Positions 43,085 to 52,314 of a DNA stretch of 64,000 nt are shown in pieces. This DNA comes from an uncultured Muribaculaceae bacterium (GTDB lineage Bacteria > Bacillota_I > Bacilli_A > RF39 > UBA660), in the NCBI GenBank assembly GCA_964600615.1, contig CAZRJK010000008.1, forward strand, positions 32 to 64,031, written 5' to 3'. Position 1 is the first letter of the stretch; every line of letters starts with the position of its first letter. The notes beneath the pieces were generated by a model, which was not told where the DNA came from, ran no database searches, and saw nothing but the letters and a program-made list of their open reading frames with translations. The position numbers and the translations under genes are program-made.

Positions 43085-45453
43085 TGATTAGTTTAAATTG
43101 GGTAGGAGATTATATTGATATTAAGGATCAAGATGTATATGAACTTGCTACTAAGATAACTAAGGCGGGTATTAATATTGAATCTGTTGTTACTCATCAT
43201 ATTGATAATTTAGTTATTGGTAAAATAAAATCTGTTAAAGATCATCCTGATAGTGATCATTTACATGTTTGTGAAGTTGATGTAGGAGAGGAAGTTTTAC
43301 AAATAGTATGTGGAGCTCCTAATGTTAAAGAAGGTTTAAAAGTTATTGTAGCTAAGGTGGGAGCTATTCTTCCTGGTGATTTTGAAATAAAGAAAAGTAA
43401 GATTCGTGGAGTAGAATCTTGTGGTATGATGTGTGCTTTATTTGAATTAGGAGTAGAAGAAAAGACTGAAGAAAATTATGCTAAGGGAATATGTGAATTA
43501 GATAAAGATGCTCCTCTAGGAGAAGATCCTTTGGTATATTTAGGACTTGATGATACATTATATGAATTAGATATTCACAAGCATCGTAATAATGATTGTT
43601 ATTATCATATTGGTTTTGCTTATGAGATAGCATGTATTTTAAATCGTAAGGTTAAATTACCTTCTTTAGATTTTAAAGTTGTTAAGGATAAAGTTACTGA
43701 TAATTTTAAATTAAAAGTAGATAGTAAAAAGTGTACTTATTATATGGCTAGAGAGGTTAGAGATGTTAAGATAGGAGAGAGTCCAGAGTTTATTAAGAGA
43801 AGATTAATAGCTGCTGGGATGAGACCTATTAATAATGTTGTAGATATTTCTAATTATGTTATGCTTGAATTTGGGCAACCTTTACATTTCTTTGATAAGG
43901 ATAAATTAGGTAATAATATTGTTGTTAGAGATGCTAAAGATGGGGAAGAGATTATTACATTAGATGGTAATAAGAGAGTACTTGATAGTAATGATATTGT
44001 TATTACTAATGGTAAGAAGTCTGTTTGTATTGCTGGTGTTATGGGGGGAGAAAATACTGAAGTAGATAATAATACTAAAAATATATTAATAGAATCTGCT
44101 ATATTTGATGCTGTTAGTATTAGAAATACTTCTCGTAAGTTAGATCTTCCTAGTGAGGCTAGTATTAGATATGGTAAAGGATTATCATATGAGTATACAG
44201 AGATGGCTTCTCGTAGGGCTTGTCATTTATTAGAAAAATATGCAGGTGCTACTATATTAGATGGCTATGTGCTTGTAGATAATGAAAATCATGAAGATAA
44301 GAAATTATCTTTTAAAGCCAATGATGTTAACAAAATATTAGGTATAGATATATCTATTGATGATATGAAGAAAGAATTAGAAAGATTAGATTTTCCTTAT
44401 ACTTTAGATAATGATATATTTAATGTTACTATTCCTAAGAGAAGATTAGATATAGATGCTAATGTTAATGATATAGCAGAAGAAATTGGGAGATTATATG
44501 GATATAATAATTTAGTTTCTTCTTTACCTTCTGTTGAAGTTAGAAGAGGAGAGTATATAGGTGATGTTAAGTATCGTAAACTTGTATCTAGGAGGTTAAG
44601 GGCTTTGGGATTAAATGAAGTAAAGACTTATACTTTAGTTAGTCCAGATATGGCCAATAAGTTTAGATATGAAAATATTAAGAATGTTATTTTACCTAAT
44701 CCGATGAGTGTTGATAAGAGTGTGGTTAGAACTACTTTAATACCTTCTTTATTGAATGTTTATAATTATAATAAAGCTAGGGGAGTTAAAGATATTAATA
44801 TTTATGAGATTGCTAAGACTTATGATATTGATTATAATGAAACATCTAAAATATGTGGCTTAATGACAGGTAGTTATATTTATAGTAGTTGGAAGAGAGA
44901 TTTAGAAGTAGATTTTTATGTAGTTAAGGGTATAGTTGAGAATTTAATTAACTATATGGGATATGCTAATAGATATTCTTTTGTAAGAAGTAGTTGTGAT
45001 GATTTACATCCTGGTGTTCAAGCTAATATTGTTTTAGATGGTAAAAATATTGGTGTTATAGGAAAGATTCATCCTAGTATTTGTAAGAAAGATGTATATG
45101 TATTTGAACTTAATTTGAATAATTTATTTGGAAAAACTTCTAAGTTAAAATATAAAGAAGCATTTAAATATCCTTCTATTACTAAAGATATGGCATTTAT
45201 TATGGATAAAGATATAGATGTAAGTGAAGTTATTAAAACTATTAAAAAAGCTTCTGATAAAACATTACAAGAGGTAAATATATTTGATGTATATATTGGA
45301 GATAATATAGAAGATAATAAGAAGAGTGTTGCTTTTTCACTTGTATTTAATGGTATAGATCATACTTTAAAAGATGAAGATGTTATGAAGGTATTTAATA
45401 AAGTAATAGAGAATGTTAAGGATAAGCATAAAGCTATTTTAAGGGATAATTAA
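43084..45453 (+). CDS. pheT: Phenylalanine--tRNA ligase beta subunit
   Basis: N-terminal tRNA-binding domain (HPDSDHLHVCEVDVG), B3/4, B5 and FDX-ACB domains; coupled to pheS. Confidence 0.96.
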   Translation: MISLNWVGDYIDIKDQDVYELATKITKAGINIESVVTHHIDNLVIGKIKSVKDHPDSDHLHVCEVDVGEEVLQIVCGAPNVKEGLKVIVAKVGAILPGDFEIKKSKIRGVESCGMMCALFELGVEEKTEENYAKGICELDKDAPLGEDPLVYLGLDDTLYELDIHKHRNNDCYYHIGFAYEIACILNRKVKLPSLDFKVVKDKVTDNFKLKVDSKKCTYYMAREVRDVKIGESPEFIKRRLIAAGMRPINNVVDISNYVMLEFGQPLHFFDKDKLGNNIVVRDAKDGEEIITLDGNKRVLDSNDIVITNGKKSVCIAGVMGGENTEVDNNTKNILIESAIFDAVSIRNTSRKLDLPSEASIRYGKGLSYEYTEMASRRACHLLEKYAGATILDGYVLVDNENHEDKKLSFKANDVNKILGIDISIDDMKKELERLDFPYTLDNDIFNVTIPKRRLDIDANVNDIAEEIGRLYGYNNLVSSLPSVEVRRGEYIGDVKYRKLVSRRLRALGLNEVKTYTLVSPDMANKFRYENIKNVILPNPMSVDKSVVRTTLIPSLLNVYNYNKARGVKDINIYEIAKTYDIDYNETSKICGLMTGSYIYSSWKRDLEVDFYVVKGIVENLINYMGYANRYSFVRSSCDDLHPGVQANIVLDGKNIGVIGKIHPSICKKDVYVFELNLNNLFGKTSKLKYKEAFKYPSITKDMAFIMDKDIDVSEVIKTIKKASDKTLQEVNIFDVYIGDNIEDNKKSVAFSLVFNGIDHTLKDEDVMKVFNKVIENVKDKHKAILRDN

Positions 45454-45457
45454 AAAA

Positions 45458-45481
45458 AATAACTCAAGAAATTGAGTTATT
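45458..45481. terminator. Bidirectional terminator after pheT
   Basis: Perfect 10-bp stem aataactcaa / ttgagttatt with gaaa loop, flanked by A and T runs. Confidence 0.8.
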
Positions 45482-46604
45482 TTACTTTGTATGGATTTTC
45501 TTTTGTTCCATTACCTTCTACATATATAGTATCTTTTGCTAAGGCTATTACTGGTTTTAAATATGCGCCAGTATTTGCTTTTGAACTGGTAATATTGTTT
45601 CCACTTTCTATTTTATATACTTCGTCAGTATTCAAACTGTTTCCTGTTCCTAACCACCAACTTTTTTCTTTGCCAATTAGATAATTGTAGTTATTACATG
45701 ATTTTGTACTTAATGATTTACAATTTGTATCTACGCTTGCGTTTATATAATCATATGCTGGTAATAAACCAATATATTCATTTTCTAATATTACTTTCTT
45801 TTCAGTTAATCCACTTTTATCTTCATCTGTTGGAGTTCTTTTTCCAATATATACATTATAATTTGTTATTAGAAGTTTATCATCATTACTAAATAATTTG
45901 TTATCTTTATATATTTCGTTTAAATATTCTCTTGCTCTTGATACTTTATAATCGTTAATTCCTAATCTTAATTTTTTTTGTTCGTTATATCTATTATCCC
46001 ACATTCTAATTGTATCATTTTTAATTGTGTTGTTTAAGATAATATAAGTTTTGTCTTCAGATATTTTTATAATTCTCCATATTTCATTAGCAAATTCTAA
46101 GTAATTATTAATTAATTCACCACGGTATACAAGTTCATTATTATATTCGTATAATCCTTCTTTATCGGTTACTATTTCAACATTGTTTTTTATGTATTCG
46201 GTTAGTATTTTTGTTTTATAATCTTTATCACAATCTAGAATTGGTGTATATCTATATTTTTTGTTTAAATTGGTTACGTTTATTGATCCAGAACATTTTA
46301 TTTTTTCATCTTTTAAGTATTCACTTATTGGTTTCATATATTCCTTTTTTACTAGTTCTTTAACTTCTATTGTTAATGTTTGACCTTCTTCTTTAGGAAG
46401 TTTCTTTTCATTTTTTTCATAATATTTTTGAGTTGCTTTAGTCATTATTTCTTCTATTTCGTTATAACTCTTTTTATAAAAGAATTTGTTATATATTAAT
46501 GCTCCTCCTATAAAAAGTATAATTATACCTACTAATATACAGATTGATGTAATTATTTTTTTTAGTCCAATTTTATTAATTATTTCTTTCATATTATCCC
46601 TCAC
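45477..46604 (-). CDS. N-terminally anchored hypothetical extracytoplasmic protein
   Basis: It has one TM. The C-terminal WWLGTG...KPVIALAKD...GNGTKENPYKV resembles the common WWLRS...RPAL...GTG..NPY surface-domain pattern. Confidence 0.7.
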   Translation of the reverse strand: MRDNMKEIINKIGLKKIITSICILVGIIILFIGGALIYNKFFYKKSYNEIEEIMTKATQKYYEKNEKKLPKEEGQTLTIEVKELVKKEYMKPISEYLKDEKIKCSGSINVTNLNKKYRYTPILDCDKDYKTKILTEYIKNNVEIVTDKEGLYEYNNELVYRGELINNYLEFANEIWRIIKISEDKTYIILNNTIKNDTIRMWDNRYNEQKKLRLGINDYKVSRAREYLNEIYKDNKLFSNDDKLLITNYNVYIGKRTPTDEDKSGLTEKKVILENEYIGLLPAYDYINASVDTNCKSLSTKSCNNYNYLIGKEKSWWLGTGNSLNTDEVYKIESGNNITSSKANTGAYLKPVIALAKDTIYVEGNGTKENPYKVK

Positions 46605-46666
46605 TTAATTTATAAAAATTATATCAAATTTTATTTTTGTTTTCAATAGTATTTTATAATTTGATG

Positions 46667-46694
46667 GTATATTTTACCTTGTTTTCCATATAAT
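46667..46694 (+). promoter_or_regulatory. Candidate mother-cell (sigma-E-like) promoter upstream of the spoVID-like gene
   Basis: gtATAtt, then 13 nt, then CATAtAAT, compared from memory with the sigma-E consensus (kmATAww / CATACAnT). Confidence 0.3.
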
Positions 46695-46714
46695 TATGTG
46701 AAAGGATTGATATA

Positions 46715-47371
46715 ATGAAACAAATAATACCATTTCAAAAAGAATTGTTGTTTAAGACTAAGATAAATGATATTACTTCTATATCTTTGGAACATAATAT
46801 AACATATAAAGATGATAATATTTTATCAGGAGTATTTTTAATAACTGGTGATTATAAAATGACTGAAGGGTCTATTAGTAGAGAAAAATTTGATTTTGAG
46901 ATTCCTTTTGATATTTCTTTAAATGAAAATTATAATATTGATACTTTAAAACTAGATATAGATAATTTTTATTATGAGGTTATTAATAATGAAATATTAA
47001 AAGTTAATATTGATGTTTATATAATAGGTGAAAAACTAGATAAAGAAGAGTCTGTTGAAGAAGATATTATTAAGGAAAATGAATTAAGGGAAGATAAAGA
47101 AAATGATTTTGAAAATGGAGTATCTGTTAAATATGAGGAGATTGATAAAGTTGATAGTTTGAATGATGATGTTACAGATAATAATATTTTTAATAATATA
47201 GATTCAAATGATACATATATTACTTATTATGTATATATTGTTAAAGAGGATGATAGTTTAGATAAGATATTAGATAAATTTAATGTAACAAGGGAAGAAT
47301 TAGAAAAATATAATGATTTATCTAATATACATGAAAAAGCTAAATTAATTATTCCAAGTAATAATGAATAA
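46715..47371 (+). CDS. spoVID: SpoVID-like spore coat morphogenetic protein (N-terminal SPOCS-like domain + C-terminal LysM)
   Basis: N-terminal pattern IPFQKELLFKTKINDITSISLEH...GDYKM, an acidic middle, and C-terminal LysM YYVYIVKEDDSLDKILDKFNVTREELEKYNDL. It is followed by a ysxE-like gene as in Bacillus. Confidence 0.65.
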   Translation: MKQIIPFQKELLFKTKINDITSISLEHNITYKDDNILSGVFLITGDYKMTEGSISREKFDFEIPFDISLNENYNIDTLKLDIDNFYYEVINNEILKVNIDVYIIGEKLDKEESVEEDIIKENELREDKENDFENGVSVKYEEIDKVDSLNDDVTDNNIFNNIDSNDTYITYYVYIVKEDDSLDKILDKFNVTREELEKYNDLSNIHEKAKLIIPSNNE

Positions 47372-48272
47372 GGAATTAAGAGATTTATTTGATGAGAATA
47401 ATATTATTGTTAAGAAGATTACTATAATACGTGGGGTTATAATAATAGATACTTTAGATAATAGATATGTTATAAAAAAGAAAAATACTAGGATTTCTTC
47501 TTTATATAAGTATTTATCTAGTAGAGGTTTTAATTCTTTTCCTAGTTTACTGTTTAAGACTAATAATTATGATATATTTGAATATATTGAGGAAGTTAAT
47601 CTTCCTATAGAAGAGAAAGCTATTGATATTATGAAATTAATTTCATTACTTCATAATAAGACTACTTTTTATAGAGATATAGATCAAGATACATTTAAAG
47701 GTATTTATGAAGAAGTTATTGATAGAGTAAATTATTTATATAATTATTATGATGATATTGCTAATGTAATAGATAAGGAGAAATATATGTCTCCTTCTAG
47801 TTATTTATTTGTAAGAAATATTTCTTTATTATTTAATATTTTAAATTTTTGCCGAGAGAGTATTAATAAATGGTATGAAATAATTAAAGAGAAGAAAAGA
47901 ATTAGAGTAGTAAATTTACATAATAATTTATCTTTAGATCATTATTTATTATCTAATAAACCATATTTAATTAGTTGGAATAAAAGTAAGAAAGATATGC
48001 CTATATATGATATTATTAATTTTTATAAAATATATTATAAAGATTTTGATTTTAATGATTTAATTAGAGTTTATGAATCTTATTATCCTTTATTAAAAGA
48101 AGAAAAAATACTTTTATTATGTTTAATTTCTATACCTAGTAAGTTAGAATTTAATAATGATAGTTATAATATGTGCTTAAAAATAGATTCTTTTTATAAA
48201 TATATAAATAATTCCTTAAGTTTAATAGATGATTATAAAGAAAATATGAATATTTCTATTATTAAAAAGTAG
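47364..48272 (+). CDS. ysxE: CotS/YsxE-family spore coat protein (kinase-like fold)
   Basis: Size and pattern (VVNLHNNLSLDHYL, HxD-like) and synteny with spoVID; 8-nt overlap with the upstream gene. Confidence 0.6.
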   Translation: MNKELRDLFDENNIIVKKITIIRGVIIIDTLDNRYVIKKKNTRISSLYKYLSSRGFNSFPSLLFKTNNYDIFEYIEEVNLPIEEKAIDIMKLISLLHNKTTFYRDIDQDTFKGIYEEVIDRVNYLYNYYDDIANVIDKEKYMSPSSYLFVRNISLLFNILNFCRESINKWYEIIKEKKRIRVVNLHNNLSLDHYLLSNKPYLISWNKSKKDMPIYDIINFYKIYYKDFDFNDLIRVYESYYPLLKEEKILLLCLISIPSKLEFNNDSYNMCLKIDSFYKYINNSLSLIDDYKENMNISIIKK

Positions 48273-48368
48273 TAATAAAGAGCTATTAATAGAGAAACTT
48301 TTTTTGTTAATTTCGTTGATTTTTGTTTTGGCGTGTGTTAAATTAATATTAGTTAATAAGATGGTGAT

Positions 48369-50765
48369 ATGATGAGTGATATAAAACAAATTAAAAATAT
48401 TGATGTTAAACAAATTGCTTTGAGTGAAGATGCTGTGGCAAAAGGAGACTTTGTTAAAAGTGAAAAAGTTAAAACGAAATTTTGGGGCGATAACGGTACT
48501 ATATTAGAAGCTGTTCCTAAAGAAGTTAATGGTAAAACTGTATATAGAGTAGATGAAATTTTATTTGATGATAATGGGCGAGAAGTAAAGAGAGTTGGAA
48601 TGGGATTTACTACTAAGGAAGCAGTAGAGGCTAATATGGTAACAGATGGTAATAAGTCTAATAAGGGAAATTCTCCTAAAATTGAAATGTATACTGATAG
48701 TGGAACAGGGATTAAAAATAAAGAAAGTTCTAATGATGATGCTGCTGGTGGTGTTTCTAATTCTCCTACTGCTATTCCAGACGCTTCTACTGTAGAAGAG
48801 AAGAGTTCAGGTAGTATTTCTTCAGATGTTTTTCCTAAGCAAATTGGTGATAGACACTTTGTTGCTGCTTATGCTGGAGAAAGTGGTGAATTGGTTGGTT
48901 GTTATGATGATGGTTCTATGATAACTTATGTAGATGGAAAACTTCATAATATTTCCTTTGCTGAAAAAGAGCCTGATTCTACTAAATCTTCTGAACTTGA
49001 ATATGGACCAATGTTTGAAACTGCTGATCCTTTTTCTAATGTTGCTAACATGAATAATTTTTGGAAATTGGATGTAAATTCAACTATTAATTCTACATCA
49101 AATGCTGCTTCTAGTTCTGATGTTTTGTCTAATGCTTCTGATGAATTTAGCCAAAATATGGATTCAACTTCTGCAACTGCTTTAGGTATTGGTACTGCAG
49201 ATGCTTTAGATTTTGCTGCTACTACTGGTAAGGCGGCAGCAGATGCTGCAATGAATAAAATCAGCGGCTTAAAAGATGATATTGTTAGAGCGGCAGCTGA
49301 AGCTGCAATAGATGAAACTAGTGGGGTAAAAGATGTTATTGCTTTGTCTGATTATTTTAAGGATGAGCCGGTAAAAAGTGGCAATGTATTTAATTTCGCA
49401 TCTACTGATTTTCCAAAACCTAATGAGCAGACAGTTGAAGATGTAGCTAGGTATAATAAATATATGTCTGATATATATTTTGCTTTAAAGAATACAAACT
49501 TATTTAGTCCTGCTCAAATAGCTGGAATAATGGCCAATATGAAGGATGAAACTAATTCATATTTTAATCCTGGTACTAATTATGAACGAGTAGGTAGTGA
49601 TGATCCAGCATATAAAGATTTGTATTTTTATGATGCTAAGACTGGTAAAAAAATTGATTTAGATTTATCTTCTTCTGGTGCTGTGTCTAGAGCGCTTGCA
49701 AGTCGTGGTATACCTTCTAAAGGGGGAATAGGAATAATACAATGGACTGGTGATAGAAAAGATAAATATGTAGCTTGGTGTAATGAAAATGGTTACGAAT
49801 GGGATGATATTAATCATCAAGTTGAATATTTTGCTAAGGAATATACTTCTGATGAATGGAGTGAATTTAGAAAAAAATTTGAAAAAACACGATCTTCAAA
49901 AGAAGCAGCTAGAGTTTTTTGCGCTGATTTTGAAAAACCTAAAAATTCAAGTGGTGTTGGAGAAGAAAGAGCTGCTGATAGTGATAAATTTTATGATGCT
50001 ATTCTTGCATTTGAAGAAAAGGAAGGTTCGGGAAGAGCAGTGTTAAAGCCTGGTGCTGCTAAGGGATTAAGAGATAATACTAGTGCTGCAGTTGATAAGG
50101 TTTCTCATATACCTGATAATTGTGGAATAGCAGATGTAGAAAATTCTTCTAGTGATTATTATTTTCCAGATAATGGTGGAAATAATAAAGTGCCTCAATT
50201 TTTTCAAGGTCATGATTCTTCATGGGCTAATGTGCGATTTGGGGACCATACTTTGGCTAAGTCTGGTTGCTCAGTTGTTTCGTTTGCGATGAATCTTTCA
50301 TTTTGGGGAATAGGTAATAAGGGTTTTACTTTTCCTGATGATGTTGTACAAAAAATAATTGATGAAACTAGTTCACGATTTACGTATCATGTAAAGGATG
50401 TTGGTGCTGATTCAGCTAGTTTATTTCCTAAGCTTGCTGAATGGTATAATATGGATTATGCGGTATTATCTAAAAATAATGGTGATTCTGTAGTGAAATC
50501 TTTAAAAGATGGAAAACCTATTGTAGCACATTGTAGCCGTGGTTCATTTACTACTAAGGGTCATTTTATTGTTTTAACTGGTGTTACTGATGATGGTAAG
50601 ATTGTTATTAATGATCCTAATTATAATAATTATACTGGTAACAGAGATTATGTATCAACTAAAGATTATACATTTGATGAGTTAGTTAATATGGGTGTTG
50701 ATAAATTTTGGCAATTTACACCTAAAAATATGGATAGGAAAGGAGTAGCAGATTATGAACAATAA
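48369..50765 (+). CDS. Large signal-less protein: S/A-rich N-terminal half + phage-tail-lysozyme-like domain + C39-like cysteine peptidase domain
   Basis: AGIMANMKDETNSYFNP...GIGIIQWTGDRKDKYVAWC...QVEYFAKEY (lysozyme-like). QGHDSSWANVRFG...KSGCSVVSFAMNL...GHFIVLTGV...INDPN (C39_2-like). No signal peptide or TM. Confidence 0.8.
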   Translation: MMSDIKQIKNIDVKQIALSEDAVAKGDFVKSEKVKTKFWGDNGTILEAVPKEVNGKTVYRVDEILFDDNGREVKRVGMGFTTKEAVEANMVTDGNKSNKGNSPKIEMYTDSGTGIKNKESSNDDAAGGVSNSPTAIPDASTVEEKSSGSISSDVFPKQIGDRHFVAAYAGESGELVGCYDDGSMITYVDGKLHNISFAEKEPDSTKSSELEYGPMFETADPFSNVANMNNFWKLDVNSTINSTSNAASSSDVLSNASDEFSQNMDSTSATALGIGTADALDFAATTGKAAADAAMNKISGLKDDIVRAAAEAAIDETSGVKDVIALSDYFKDEPVKSGNVFNFASTDFPKPNEQTVEDVARYNKYMSDIYFALKNTNLFSPAQIAGIMANMKDETNSYFNPGTNYERVGSDDPAYKDLYFYDAKTGKKIDLDLSSSGAVSRALASRGIPSKGGIGIIQWTGDRKDKYVAWCNENGYEWDDINHQVEYFAKEYTSDEWSEFRKKFEKTRSSKEAARVFCADFEKPKNSSGVGEERAADSDKFYDAILAFEEKEGSGRAVLKPGAAKGLRDNTSAAVDKVSHIPDNCGIADVENSSSDYYFPDNGGNNKVPQFFQGHDSSWANVRFGDHTLAKSGCSVVSFAMNLSFWGIGNKGFTFPDDVVQKIIDETSSRFTYHVKDVGADSASLFPKLAEWYNMDYAVLSKNNGDSVVKSLKDGKPIVAHCSRGSFTTKGHFIVLTGVTDDGKIVINDPNYNNYTGNRDYVSTKDYTFDELVNMGVDKFWQFTPKNMDRKGVADYEQ

Positions 50766-50925
50766 TGAAATTGAGAATAATGATTTGAATACTTCTGCTT
50801 TTAATCGTTTATTGAAAATAGGTGAATTGGATATTTATGGTAATCCTATGGATTGGGATACTACTGAGCCTTGTTTTTCGGAAACTCAAGATGATGATAT
50901 GGAAAAAGAAGAAGATAATAAATAA
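50755..50925 (+). CDS. Small acidic protein (56 aa) overlapping the 3' end of the 48369 gene by 11 nt; not in the ORF track
   Basis: ATG follows SD aaggag (about 9 nt). Hand translation gives MNNNEIENNDLNTSAFNRLLKIGELDIYGNPMDWDTTEPCFSETQDDDMEKEEDNK. A strong terminator follows. Confidence 0.5.
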   Translation: MNNNEIENNDLNTSAFNRLLKIGELDIYGNPMDWDTTEPCFSETQDDDMEKEEDNK

Positions 50926-50943
50926 TAGTTAATTTATATAAAA

Positions 50944-50998
50944 ATGTAAAGAAAATTTATTTGTATAGATGTTATAAATTTCTTTACATTTTTTATTT
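50944..50998 (+). terminator. Rho-independent terminator (long hairpin)
   Basis: atgtaaagaaaattta / taaatttctttacat (one bulge) followed by a T run. Confidence 0.75.
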
Positions 50999-51030
50999 TG
51001 AAAAAAAGTTAAAAAAGTGGTAAAAAAGGC

Positions 51031-51059
51031 TTGCAAATGCTTAAAATATATAGTACAAT
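51031..51059 (+). promoter_or_regulatory. Sigma-A-type promoter of the S10 operon
   Basis: TTGCAA (51031-51036), 17-nt spacer, TACAAT (51054-51059). Confidence 0.7.
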
Positions 51060-51193
51060 AACATTCGTGTAGATGGCGAAGATGTGCAAAGTTGCTGATA
51101 CGCCCGGTTAAGTTGTAAAATATTTATAAGGGCTTATCAGGTAATTTGTTCGGAGCAAGTCTATACTTAGATATAGGCGAAAGGAGGAATAAT
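51060..51193 (+). promoter_or_regulatory. S10-operon 5' leader (possible r-protein autoregulatory leader)
   Basis: A ~130-nt untranslated leader, relatively GC-richer than typical intergenic DNA here. No specific motif recognised. Confidence 0.35.
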
Positions 51194-51502
51194 ATGTCAA
51201 CTACTAAAGTTAGAATCAAATTAAAGGCATATGAACACCAAATTGTTGATGATGCTTGTGCTAAGATAGTTGCTACTGTTAAAAGAACTGGTGGAGAAGT
51301 TAGTGGTCCTGTTCCACTACCTACTAAGGTTGAAAAGTTTACTATTTTAAGAGCTGTACACAAATATAAAGATTCAAGAGAACAATTTGAAATGCGTACA
51401 CACAAGAGATTAATTGATATTAATAACCCTAGTAAAGAGACTATAGATGCTTTAAGTCATCTTGATTTACCTAGTGGTGTTGATATACAAATTAAGTATT
51501 AG
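51194..51502 (+). CDS. rpsJ: 30S ribosomal protein S10
   Basis: [15 protein letters not shown]...; ATG after SD aaggagg (the track's upstream start is rejected). Confidence 0.97.
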   Translation: MSTTKVRIKLKAYEHQIVDDACAKIVATVKRTGGEVSGPVPLPTKVEKFTILRAVHKYKDSREQFEMRTHKRLIDINNPSKETIDALSHLDLPSGVDIQIKY

Positions 51503-51513
51503 GAGGGAAAATA

Positions 51514-52314
51514 ATGAAAGGAATCTTAGGTCGTAAGATTGGGATGACTCAGGTTTTTGCTACTAATGGTAAGTTAGTACCTGTTACAGTTATTGAAGTT
51601 GAACCTAATGTTGTTAGTCAAATTAAGACTGTTGAACATGATGGTTATGACGCTATTCAACTAGCTGCTGTAGAAAAGAAAGAAAAGCATAGTAATAAAC
51701 CTGAAATGGGTCATCTAAAGAAGGCTAATACAACACCTAAGCGCTTCTTAAAAGAACTTAGAGGTGTTGATGTTAGTGAATACAGCCTTGGTCAAGAGTT
51801 AAAGGCTGATGTATTTAGTTTAGGAGAAATGGTTGATGTAACTGGCACTTCTAAAGGAAAAGGAACACAGGGTGTTATTAAGAGATGGAATCAATCTCGT
51901 GGTCCTATGGGACATGGTAGTCAATATCACCGTGGTGTTGGTTCATTAGGTACAATGTTACCAATGAGAGTTTTACCAGGAAAGAAAATGCCTGGTCGTA
52001 TGGGTGGAGAACAAGTTACTGTTCAAAACTTAGAAATTATTCAAATTGATTTAGAGAATAATGTTATCTTAATTAAGGGTAATGTTCCTGGTCCTAAAAT
52101 GTCATTAGTATTTATTAGATCTTCTGTTAAACATGAAGGTAAGATTAATCCTGAGACTGTTCTTGTTACTTATGTAACTGAGGAAGAAGTTAAGGAAGAA
52201 CCTAAAGAAGAAGTTGTAGAAGAAACTAATGATGAAACTCCTGTAGAAGAAGAAGTTACTGAAGAGGTTAAAGAAGAACCTGTTGAAGAAGAAACTGACA
52301 AGGAGGAAAAATAA
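51514..52314 (+). CDS. rplC: 50S ribosomal protein L3 with a ~45-aa acidic C-terminal tail
   Basis: [15 protein letters not shown]...; conserved operon order. Confidence 0.97.
   Translation: MKGILGRKIGMTQVFATNGKLVPVTVIEVEPNVVSQIKTVEHDGYDAIQLAAVEKKEKHSNKPEMGHLKKANTTPKRFLKELRGVDVSEYSLGQELKADVFSLGEMVDVTGTSKGKGTQGVIKRWNQSRGPMGHGSQYHRGVGSLGTMLPMRVLPGKKMPGRMGGEQVTVQNLEIIQIDLENNVILIKGNVPGPKMSLVFIRSSVKHEGKINPETVLVTYVTEEEVKEEPKEEVVEETNDETPVEEEVTEEVKEEPVEEETDKEEK

Noticed and set aside
51146-51193. Upstream ATG (51146) giving a 118-aa S10
   Set aside because: - The conserved S10 N-terminus ([11 protein letters not shown]) begins at ATG 51194, right after aaggagg.
- The extension lies in the leader.
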